Shown: in pieces, positions 1 through 11,800 of the stretch | Layout of the letters: the number at the start of each line of letters is the position of its first letter | How positions within the stretch are numbered: the stretch's first letter is position 1 | Source: Polymyxa betae A26-41 | Lineage: Eukaryota > Protista > Endomyxa: Phytomyxea | Direction of reading: 5' to 3' | Assembly (NCBI GenBank): GCA_003693705.1 | Contig: RBZT01000415.1 | Span: 1-64,000 of the forward strand | DNA length: 64,000 nucleotides | Translations under genes and position numbers: made by a program | The notes under the pieces: generated by a model | What the model saw: only the letters and a program-made list of their open reading frames with translations | What the model was told of the DNA's origin: nothing | The model's database searches: none

Positions 1-248
1 CCCATTTCGGCATGCACTCAATGGTGTCGTAATCGTGCTCGATGGCGGCGATCTCATCTTCTACAGCATTGATTTGATTATCTGATCTTCCAAGTCTAAA
101 ACTATAGATAAATTAATGTGGATAATATCGATCCGAATTGGTTTGTTAGCGTACGTTCGTCAGAGTCGCCATTGCAGATGCTGCTCGCTGCAATTTCCGG
201 TGAATTGAGGATTTCGTCAGTTTCTATGTAAGCAGCAAGAATTGACAT
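1..248 (-). CDS. Possible 5' part of an unknown gene running off the left edge of the window
   Basis: ATG at 248 reads MSILAAYIETDEILNSPEIAASS..., followed by a gtacgc donor-like site. A downstream frame reads ...INAVEDEIAAIEHDYDTIECMPKW to the window edge. No family recognised. Confidence 0.25.
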
Positions 249-745
249 AATCCTTAATTTCAAGGATATACACATCTTTATTAAACAATAACAATTCAAA
301 GAATATTATCAGACAACATCCTGCTGTAAGAAATTACGGAATCAACCCAAAGTTATTGGTCAATTTACACATGCATACAGCCTGACGCCACAGTGATCGA
401 GATTGCTGACACTAATAATTTGTATTCTGAAGCGAAAGGCAAAATCGAACTGGCGGGACAAGTTCTGGAAACGTTACATTTTATACGTACCAGCACTAGG
501 AACATACAACGAATCTGCAATCAACGGTATCCGCTGTGAATGGCCAAGCATGGCAGTTGCCCACTTCATGGAGGCCGATAAAATTACTTTCAAGAAGTGA
601 CAAGAACACTGGCGTATCAAGGCTATACTGGCGGAAGCTGAACTCCAGAAAGTTTGATCATAAAATACATGAAATTCATAACGGAAAACTTCACCAAATT
701 GATGTACTTGAACATTTATGTAAATAATCCATAATGAGCAATAAT

Positions 746-2019
746 TCATTTTATATTCAGTCTCGCTCGTGCTTGTCCGATTCGTTCCGTGATCTGCTTC
801 TGCAATAATTCTCGTTCTGGATCGGGTAAGAATGCTGCCTGCATTGCATTCTGAATCGATCTCGTGATCATTTCGAAGCTGATACAAGCCTGGCTATACG
901 CCAGGGCATATTCCTGGTTCAATGTTGTGCTGCATATAGATGGATCATCTGTATTCAACGAGAATGAGATCTGATCATGAGCAAATCTCACGACCGGATG
1001 TTGAATGAGCGGTACTGATACAGAGCCGGTCTGTAGCGATGATGTCAAGCAGCATTCCAGATGAATACCAGATTGCTTAATAACATTATAGATATGATCT
1101 GATTGTATACATTTATATCCATGACCTATTCGTTCAGCATGTAGATCATTTATAGCAGTTATAATCTCCTTATATTCGTTGAGTTAGGATTATTACAAAT
1201 ATTATGATGCATACCTGAGCAGGACCTGATTCACCTGCATGAACTGTAATTCGGAGACCCAATGATTTTGCACGAGTAAATTCTACAGAATGTGGCATAT
1301 ATGAATATCTATACAAACAATATTATAACAGTATCAGATATAACTGCAAATGATCATACTGTTCATCACCAGCTAGATCTATACCAATTACACCTTTACT
1401 CTTATATTGATAGGCCAGGTCTACAATCTCTCCAGTCCATTCAGGCCGATCACGAATAGCACAAAGCAGAAAGCGAACGTGAATATCATAATATCGGGAA
1501 CATTCAGCCATTGTATCGCAGACAATAGAGACAACATCACTAGCTGTCATATGCTCATCTTGAAATAGATGTGGGCAGAATCTCACCTCTGAATATCTAT
1601 ATAATAAAACATTCAGAATCACAACGAGCAATCCAAGAAATCGAGTTAAACTTGAAACGAAACTTTCTTCGAAATGTAATCAGAAAGTTGACAGTTTACA
1701 GAATATTATTGGCTACGATATAATCACAGGCATCTATTGTCAATTGCCGAATTGCAATAGGATCGCCTTTCAGTATTGGCATAAAAAAATTGAATACTTG
1801 TAGCCATTCAGTAAGAGATGTAGAGAAAGGTGGTGTAGTAATGTATGGATATAAATCTTTAGGGCCTGATACAGATTTAGGTAAAGGTATAGCACGACGT
1901 TGTGCTGTTGTATAGATTAAATCAGCAGAGACCATTCCGTCTAGATGGATATGAAGTTCAACTTTTGGTAATGAGATGAGAGCCTGGATTTCATTTGTAT
2001 GTAACTCTGCTATCTCCAT
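746..2019 (-). CDS. ADA: Adenosine deaminase (4 exons)
   Basis: Spliced protein carries the ADA motifs PKVELHIHLDG, YSEVRFCP, GIDLAGDE, ITVHAGE, RIGHG, HLECCLTSS and SLNTDDP. Three GT-AG introns restore the frame. Confidence 0.95.
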
Positions 2020-2270
2020 ATTATACAATAATACTCATATAATAGTAATGATGTTATTAATAACTTGTTACTCTACATAATCACACATATATGCATTGGT
2101 AGTATTAAGTAATAATACATAGGGATTCCTTAAAATGACCAATTTTTTGATCAATGATCAATAAAATGATCAAGTCCGTACTTGCGCAATTTTCAATATA
2201 ATCCTCAAATATAGGAATGAATTAGTGTCATATATTGTACGTACTCGTACTGTGTTATATTTGTAAATTT

Positions 2271-3922
2271 ATGGCATTACCTATATATGATATTGTTATC
2301 ATCGGTGGTGGTCTAGCAGGCACTTAATACTATATGGAACTCAACATTCCTAGCTCATATTCACTACAGGATTAACTGCTGCCCTAGAAGCAGCCCATAC
2401 TGAATCTAGCTTTCACATCTGTCTACTTGAAAAAGAGGTAAGTAATCCTATTTCATGATCATTATGCTGATATGAGATTAGGAGCATCTTGGAGGAAATT
2501 CGGCCAAAGCATCATCTGGAATTAATTCTATCGCTTCTGATGACGATCTCGAGTCTTTCTTTCAGGATACGGTCACATCTGGACGTGAACGATCTAATGA
2601 AGAGCTTGTGAGAACTTTAGTAAATCAAGTATGTGACAGACATAACATTTCATAGTTTTTTTACCAAAAAGTTCCAAAGTTCCATCAAAGATCAATTAAC
2701 ATATTGCTGGCTATGTTTAGATCATTCATGTGATTTATTGTTTGCTGTTATAGTCGGAATCAGCCATCAAGTTTCTCACAAATAAGAATATCGATCTATC
2801 TGTGAAATCGCAGCTTGGTGGCCATAGCCGTGCACGAACTCTTCGTAATCAATCTGGTCCTAACATTGGCTTTGTCATTATCTCTGCTTTACAAGCAGCA
2901 GCTCAACGTCTATCAAATATTCATATAATCACATCTGCTAATGTCACAAATATTGAACATCGAGGCACAGATGCTATTCTGTATGAAATTGAGGGACAAA
3001 GTTATAGGATCCAAGGTCGTGCGATCATTTTTGCTACTGGTGGTTTTGCTTCTAATCAGTCTCTATTGGTCAAATATCGCTCCACTATCGCTAATCTATC
3101 CACAACTAGCAGTAATCAATGCGTCGAAACACATTAATCAATGGTAAATGGCTTCGTTCAGGTCCATGTGCGACTGGTGATGGTATCCAGTTAGCAACCT
3201 CTGCATATCGTGCTCAATTGGTAGATATGGATCAGATTCAGGTCCATCCAACTGGGTTTGTTGATCCAGCAGATCGTGGTAGCAAACAGAAGTTACTAGC
3301 ACCCGAAGCACTACGTGGCTCAGGGGGTATTCTCGTCAACGAACACGGGCGACGATTTGTTGACGAACTGTGTACACGAGATGTCGTATCATCTGCTGTA
3401 TTTGATCAGCCTAATTCACACGCCTTTCTAATTCTTGACAAAGTTGCTGCAGAAACATTCGGATTGGGAACACTGCAGTTCTACATGAAACGCGGACTCG
3501 TCGCTCAATGTTCCAATTTAGCTCAGATTTCGGAATTTATCTCCAGGAATGGCGATGCATCAGCTGACATCTTAACAGATACTATCAATGAGTATTGTGC
3601 AGCAGCAGCCAATAGGGAAGATCAGTTCGGCCAAGCGACACCTCCTTTCGATTCAGGAAATTCTGTATTTTACGTGATGGAAGTCGTGCCAGTGTTGCAC
3701 TATTGCTTGGGAGGACTGAAGTTCGATTGTTATGCCAATGTTCTTGATGAAGATGGCAAGCTGGTTCCAGGTGTGTTTGCAGCTGGTGAAGTTACTGGAG
3801 GTCTTCATGGTACAAATCGTCTCGCTGGTAATAGTCTATTAGAATGTGTTGTATTCGGTCGTATTGCAGCTCGATCGGCTGTCGCATATGTTCTCAGTGG
3901 CCCTAAATCCCTTGCTTTTTGA
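2271..3922 (+). CDS. Soluble FAD-dependent fumarate reductase (Osm1/Frd1, flavocytochrome c flavin-subunit family), 5 exons
   Basis: Motifs: DIVIIGGGLAGL (FAD binding), LEKE..LGGNSAKASSGIN, LGGHSRART, IFATGGF, QVHPT, EALRG, ELCTRD, HYCLGG, AAGEVTGGLHGTNRLAGNSL. The first intron is GC-AG (2320-2369). Confidence 0.93.
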
Positions 3923-3996
3923 TTTATATAAGCCAATTTCTAAATCAAACATCCAAGCACACAGTCTATTTACATAAAATTGTAAAAATCTTTTTG

Positions 3997-5504
3997 TTAA
4001 CGCCAAAGCATCTTCCTTCGTTTATTATTGGATGCATTGCCTTTGTCTAGAGATTGATTGAAGAATGAGAAATTTGAAGGAGCACTAATGGAGACGTGAT
4101 TAGATGTTCCAGTAGCAGTTAGACTCTCTGTCACATCAAACGATGTTGTACAATTTCCAGTTATGCTACTACATCGAATTAGCTGGTTACGATTCACCAG
4201 ATTCTGATCATTGGCGATCTGAGCAGATTTCGGTCGATGCTCTTCTGTAATAGCAACGCAAGCCTTCGCCTTATAACAATCTAGCAACCACTGATAGTTC
4301 ACAGATCGACAAGAATTTGTGGACACAGATCCAGCGCCATCATGGGCCAGCACGGCATGTGTCACGAACGGCCTCATCTGGTGGAGACGTGTAGCGCCAC
4401 CATATTGTAAGATCGAACAGAGGTGATTATAGAGGCGCTCCTCTGTGAAGCCAACTAGTACGACAACACATCCACTTAGGTAGTCATCAGATTCAGGATC
4501 GTATTCGATGTGATCCAGTGATAGAGTCTTGTGAAGTGATGGTACTTTAGGATCGGTGATGATCTCAACAGAAGTTGAGTCTTGTAGCAGTGTATCCAGT
4601 AGATGTGGTCTGATATCGACACAACTGCCACCATTCTGTAGCATGGCATCAAGCCAGCTTTCACGAACAATTTGGATATTCCACTGCTGGGCGAAATTAT
4701 ATTTATCCCCGATGGGTTGATTGCAGATCAGATGGGTGCAATCGTAGGAGAGATCAGCAGAATACCTGCCTCCATTACTTTCAACAACAGATTTGATTCT
4801 GTTACGTTCTGATGTATCGAGCTGAGATACAGAAACAATGCAATTGAAAAGAGCAGGAACAGCGAATGATGTCTCAGGAACCTGATTTCCTTTCTCGAAA
4901 CACTCAAATATCCTGATGCAATTCGTATTAACAAGAGAATACAGACTTGGCTAATGTAGGAACCATTTCATTTTGAGGCAGGGTTTTTTCATCTTCAATG
5001 CAGCCGAATGTTTTGGTGTTCCAACAGTATGTACAATTAGATGTGTCGTCTCATGAGTGAAATTCTTATCGATTCTTCCTCCCAAAGAAGTCATCAATAG
5101 TGATAAGTAATCAATGGTTAAGGAGTCTAAGCCAGTGGTTGTAATCTAAATCAGCAAGTTATCAACCATTAACTATATCAAGAAAGTTCCCATACAAGTA
5201 TACATTTAAATCTCTCATGAACATCTGACAATAACATTTCGATGGTTTTCTGGTCACAGGCTGATTTCGAAAGAGATTGCAAAGCCCATAGACCTGCTAG
5301 AACTGATCCAGTTCGTACAAGATTTCGAAGGCATCGAAGACGCTCTGGCTGAAGTTCAATCTGGGCATCGACAATGACGATCTGGGACTCATTGAGAGCA
5401 TTATTTAATGTTCCAAACTGGATAGTGAATCCCAGATCGGTCAATGTATTGATATAGTCTGTGCTGACATGCTCTCTATCATACTCAATCAAGATATGCC
5501 TCAT
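3997..5504 (-). CDS. Multi-BRCT checkpoint/replication scaffold, TOPBP1/Rad4(Cut5)/Dpb11-like
   Basis: Spliced translation gives tandem BRCT repeats: ITTTGL...LGGRIDKNFTHETTHLIV...KW; IVSVSQL...NGGRYSADLSYDCTHLIC...GDKY..AQQWNIQIVRESWL; LSGCVVVLVGF...GGATR....VTHAV...VNYQWLLDC. Confidence 0.8.
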
Positions 5505-5576
5505 AATAAGATCTTCCCATACAAGTCGAGGTTCTCAACCGACTCAGGACGCAGCCCACCCCAAACCGCACCACCA

Positions 5577-5628
5577 CCCCACCCCACTCCACCTTCATCA
5601 CCCCACCCCACTCCACCTTCATCACCCC
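5577..5628. repeat. 24-bp perfect tandem duplication (ccccaccccactccaccttcatca x2) within a C-rich tract (G-rich on the minus strand)
   Basis: Read directly: units at 5577-5600 and 5601-5624, followed by a partial cccc. Confidence 0.95.
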
Positions 5629-5859
5629 AATCTATATCATTCAAGATGGTAAATGATCGGTTGCAGTGATCCACAAAGTCAGTAGAAGGGCGAATGAATC
5701 AGCTTGGATGAAGCGGTTCAATATGGCTTTCAGATCGATCACGATATTTTGTAAACAAAAGCAATTCCCATTTGCAAATTGAAAATCATTCTTGATTGTC
5801 GTATATTCATTAGCTTATTAATAGATAAGTTAATAAGATTATGCCAGCCACAGAGTGGT

Positions 5860-8800
5860 CTAAGAATCTGAAAGAAAGATAGCCACTCCAGCTAGAATCC
5901 ATTGATGTTTGTTATTGGAACATGGCAACCTTAGTTGACATACTGCAACTGATCTTGATAGATTGGAGTATAATGGCACAACCATTGACTGGTATGATTG
6001 TGTTGTCTCAGTCATCTGATTAAATGTGATATAACATATTGGTAATGGCATAAGAGATGCAGATTGAGATGCAGATCTAGATATCTGACCGCCAACTAAT
6101 TCACCTCCTTGTAGTAGTAACCTATCATATTCCATTCAGTCTACAATTACATATTCAATTATCAATGTTAACCCTTGCAGCTGTAAGACCATCGTCGCAT
6201 CTGATGGCAATCTGGATTTCTCCCAGACACAGTTCAATCTTAATGTATCAATAGGCTGAGATTTAATCCTGGCTGTCTCCTGTCTGAATGCATTCAGGAA
6301 TGTGATTGGATTGAACAGATCACGCAGCGATAGCGTAGATGAGAGCAACGTTCCGGAGAACGATTTTTTCAACCATGTCGCTAATGCCGATTTCTTTGAG
6401 AAGACATCAGATATGAATTGATGGGCATCGTCTGGGCCAGTATTCCAGATCAAGAGCCAAGACTTAAGGACTTGACCACGAATCAAATCACGTCCATGTT
6501 CCAGTAGCGTTTGGGATAGAATTGCTGATCCCGATAGAACTTGTCGTAGATCATTTAAGCAATGATTGATGAGATTGATAAGATCAGTCGCCTTCTGATC
6601 TTCAACAATCAGGAATGCAGTAGTTGGATTATAGTGCTTATCTGGGACATCAACTGATGATTGTGACAATCGACCACGTTCATATTTCGATTGCAGATCG
6701 AATAATGGAGATAGGAGCTCTCCCCAGCGTCCTGCATCAAATAGATCGTGGTTCGATAGAACAGTGATATGATGTAGCTGTTTTAGTTGTGATAGAATCA
6801 TTGAACCAGTTTGTCGCTGTACAGATGCATCGATATTATCAGGTAATCCAAATACAGATGGGGAATCCTGTTCTGGAAGAGAGCGAATCAATTTGATAAA
6901 ATCGGCATGATTATTAGTGTGAGGTATTTGACATGAACTTGGTAGACCCAATCTCTTATCACTATCATCAGTGAAATATTCATGTAGATATGTCTGTAAT
7001 ACAAGATCATCATATGGATTATCAATACGACCTCCATAGATGCTATCTTGTAATACACCCACTATACGTGGCCAGGCAATACGATCTGATTCCGAGCATA
7101 TCTCATCGATTAGGTCACTGGCAGACCTCAGATCTGACAATGAGAACTCGTAGAATTTCGACCATCCCTGTGGTATAAACAGACGACGTTCTTGAATAAC
7201 AGCATGAAACCAAGCCAGGATGAATAATACACGTGCTCGTTGTGCTGATCCACGACTGATGTAATCAATATTCCACATTGAATATGTTGTTAATAAATTA
7301 CGTTTAATGCCAGGTGGAGATTCAATCGTCAGTTTCAACGACATCTCCAATAAGATAGGTGACAGATCAGATTGAGATTCAGCAATCAACCAAAGTCGAT
7401 ACTCTTGATGATATTGTGATATTGAGGATAATGTCTGTTCAAGAATAGGCAGCCATTCAGCAACCAGATGAATATTCTTAAGACAGACCCAAAGCCCTGT
7501 ACTGGCTGCTTTGTGGATCGAATCTATTGCTATTGATCTTTGTTCAGGGCTCATGCCGATCTCCAGCAATTCGACACCTTTTGATTTGGCACATTCTTGA
7601 ACATCTCGACTAGGGTCAACTCCAGGTGATATAATGAATAAGATAGGAATTGAGGACGACGTGGAGTTCGTCAGTTCCTGTATAGATAATGGTGTAGGCG
7701 ATAACGAAGCTATTTGCAGAGCTTGGCAGACGAACTCGGTCATAGCTGATATTAATCGGTCTGGTCTTAAAGCCATGATCAATATTAAACGATGGAAGCA
7801 GGATAATGATCGGCATGATGGTGGCAGCAGTTGAGACTCACACGATGGCGACTTTAACCATTTTATCCAAGCACCGATATCCTCATGAATTAGCTGATGC
7901 AGGCTTGGTTGTGATGCGATGATATTCAATAACTGTGATTGTCGTTCAGAAGGAACCCAGGATGGTAATGTTATTGATTCTGATTTAGTGCTGGTTATTG
8001 ATCCGATTAATAGGGACCAAAGGTCATCTGCACACTGATCTGGAAATAATGCACGACATAACTGCATAGCCAATGTTAATCGATCCTGTTTAAATACAGA
8101 TTGTGATACGAATCGATACAGACGCGATATCAATGATCGACAATAGAATGTGATACGATTGGCTTTATCAGATGTGGATGGAGTTGCAGATGATTGCTGA
8201 AAGTTCAATACGAACTCAGTCATAAATGATTGTAGACTGAACCTATACATTGAATTGACATGAGGTAAAAGTCGCAATGTGAAATATATCTCAGAGCCAA
8301 TCTGGGCGATCGGCATGTAAATGAGACGTTGTCTATCCAAGTCGGCCTGAATCTCGGCTGAACGTTGCAGACCGATAGCAATTGAATTACTGCGAGTTTT
8401 GATTAGATTCAGAGATTCAACCAAAGCCACATTCTCGAGTATATTTCCTTCTGATGTTGCTAAGGTCTCCAAGATCTTCTTCTCTAATTCACTCAATTCC
8501 AACTTCATGTTCTCTTCTTCTGCTAGAAGGCGGATCTTATTGCGTTCCAGCTCTGGTTCATCTTGCTGAATAGCGACGCCCAGAAGTTGGGACTCGAGAC
8601 CTGATTTTGTTACAGTGAAGTTAACCACATTGACGATAGCACGGGCATCAGCTGGCAGATGACAGTTCTCAGATCGTGAGATCAGAAACAGAGAGAAATC
8701 GTCATTGTAATCAACAGATTTGTCGGCGATCTGTACAACCCATCTGGGACCTTGTCGTAGTAGATGCCGTGTAATAATTGGATAAAGAGTTGATTCAACA

Positions 8801-11800
8801 TGATTACAATCTGTAATGAAGAGAACCTTACCGAATCTAACAGCTAACTCAATAACAGCAAGATAACGAGCATCATTCTGGTTCAGGAATTCTAACGATC
8901 GTTTCTGCTGCATTCTTTGCAGCCATTTAACGACATTCATGGTCGAGTCGATAATAAATGGTGTTTGCTGCGATGCCAGAATTGTGACAGCATTTTCGAG
9001 CGAGAATCGATCGGAATTAATGCCATGCTCCTTCCAGGTGATAATTTCTGATTCTGTTGATAGAAAGCGGCACAAATCAAACTGTTCCTGTAGTCGATAA
9101 ACTTCAGACCATCGTTGTAATATCTGACGTCGATATTCTTCATCTTGATCAGCTAAATAACAGATGAATGCACTTGAAATAATAACTTGATCTGATAGTC
9201 GATTAAGAGATAGAGAGAGTTCATCATCTTCACGTCTCCAGCGAACTTTCTCGTCCTGAAGCTTGTTCATCAATTGACTAGCTCGATCTAATACATTCTG
9301 AGCCCTATCTAATTCTAGACGCAATGATGCCGCCTCAGATGTCATCCCAGCAAATGATTGCTTCAGAGCCATGACCTGCTTGTCCAAATCTTGTAGCTCA
9401 TTGACACAGCTGTCAAGACGAGATTTCGAGCTGGCTAGGGCCTCATTAGCAGCTTTCAGATCGGCTTCTAAAGGAGCAATACTCTCCAGTACTTGAGCAT
9501 ATCGTATTTGTGCATGAACCCAGGCTGCTAATGGAGCTGCAGCTGTATTCACACGATATATGTTCTTGTGTTCAAAACTTGCCTCTTTCTTTTTCAGTAA
9601 CGACTGCACTTTATCACGAATATCTTTTGTGATACAATGCGCATCAAACTGAATAATTTCCTCTTTAAACGTTGCCGATGCCAACAATCTCTTCATAGAA
9701 TTCCATGATGTATCATCAATGCCCATCAACATTAACACACCAGACAAAACATCATGAACAGCCTCAGGCGGCATTCGAAGCGCTCTCATCTCAGCTAGAG
9801 CTTCCTTCTTAATTGATCCAACCGCTTCACGACTTTGTTCCAATATAGGACTAATTACAGCTAATTCCTTCTCAACTTGACCTTTACGAGATGTTAATCG
9901 TTGTTCTTTCTCAGACAGACTGGCCTGTAAAGCCTGAACTCTAACACACCAATTTCAGTAAAATTCATAAAAGCAACTGTCAAGATCATACTCGAGACGC
10001 CTATCACTGGCTTTACTCATAGAATCTGTAATCGATTGTAATGCAGCATCAGCTTGAATCTGTTTATCTTGAAGGGCGCCACTTTTCGCTACAGCTTCCG
10101 ATGACAATTTATCAACGAGCATCTCAGCTTCGACCAGCTTGGAGAGACCCATCGAAAGGTATTTTCTCTTCGATTGAATCTTGTCTTGCTGTTGGGAGTA
10201 TAATCGGCAATATGTAGCGAGCATAGCCAAAAATTTACGAGGTGTATGTTGACAGGATGCCGCCCAATCGTAAATCTTCAATAACCGGTCAGTAATCGAC
10301 TTCACATCATTCTCAAGGAATCCCAATTGAAGACGATTTTGAGTCATAAACATGACATCGTCTCTGTGCCATTCAGTATTCCAAATAATATGACATGAAT
10401 GTATGAGAACTGGATATTGAAGGCAGCGAGATTTAAATTGAGGATGCGCCGGGTCCATACAAATCACCAAATGAAGATTTGATCGAATCTGATTGAAAAA
10501 GTATTGCATTGTGTTGATACCAATATCGGCTGCTTTCTCTCGAAGACTGCCAAGAATAGGCTCGAGCTCGGGCTGACTGAATAATCCTGGCAGATATCCA
10601 GATGACAGAACGGTACACAATATCGAGATAATTGAGTCCTGAACCAAGCCGTGTTGTTCCAAATAGAGAACGACTTGATCACCAGCAGCACATTGCCTGA
10701 AGACGTCTTTAAGGTCATTCTGTAGTGAATCAGCCGAATATGCTCTGGATATGTTCGGCATAAACAGACGATAAGAACGAATATGGGATACCAGAACGAT
10801 AACAGATCTCCTTCCGATCCCGCTGCTTCCCAATAATAATACTGATCTGGATTTTTGACAGATTGCTTGATCAATTCGACAGCAGAATTGAATCATATTA
10901 TCAAATAGGTCTAGATCCAGATTGCCATGATCTTGCTCGTATCGGCGAATTCCGTTGCTCAAACACGATTTAGCATCTGATATCGATAAAAGGCTGAATG
11001 ATTGATCTGACACTGAACGAAGAAGACTCGAATAGATGTGTTTCCCAGCTGATGATGGTTGCCACATCTTCCAATGCGAGTTCATCACCGATGTCAGAAT
11101 TGAATCGAATCGAGCTCGGCATTGCTCGGTAACAAGACGATCTCGGAACGTTCGCTGCAATTCGTAAACGAATATATTAAGTAATGGCTCATGTTTGAGA
11201 TCATATTGAAGCAATGATTTACAAAATGCTGTCAGATGTCGTGGTGTAAATCTATAATGCGGATATTGATCTGATGTAAATGTTTGTGAGATCTGTAGAT
11301 ATAACTGTACTAATGTATGACTTAATGCAGAGCATGAGGAAGAATGTGACCATAAACCTGCGTCAAATTCTTTGGCTACATTAACAGCATCTCCAAGATA
11401 AATCTCGTATATAACTCGAAGGTAATATTCCGATGGGTAATCAATGTTCAAGATACGAAGACGTGATGTAAACCTGGTCGATAATGTCGCTGCAGTTTCC
11501 GATCTGGTCATGGTGCATATTATGTTAATATGTTCAATGGCAACAAATTCTCTGTCTGATGAATAATAACCGGAGCACTCCAGGAGCTGAGTCAGAAAGC
11601 AAATCACTGATAGCGACCCATACTTATCGCGACATAATAGACCAAGATCCTTCACAATCAGGACGAACTGATCGGCGCCATTCGGACGTAGTACTGGCCC
11701 TGTGCTTGACTGGGTCAGCTGGCATGAATTCAGCAGAGCATCGATAATGTGTTCTGGGCGAGTATGCGCTGAACAATGCAATTCCGCCGATGATTTCATG

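Noticed and set aside
1598-1698. Possible 3-nt micro-exon (aag|AAA|gtttcg) in the 101-nt first ADA intron
   Set aside because: The protein already aligns to the ADA consensus (NILYSEVRF) without an inserted residue.
5461-5669. His/Pro-rich plus-strand ORFs
   Set aside because: They are translation artefacts of the C-rich tandem repeat and overlap the start of the minus-strand BRCT gene.
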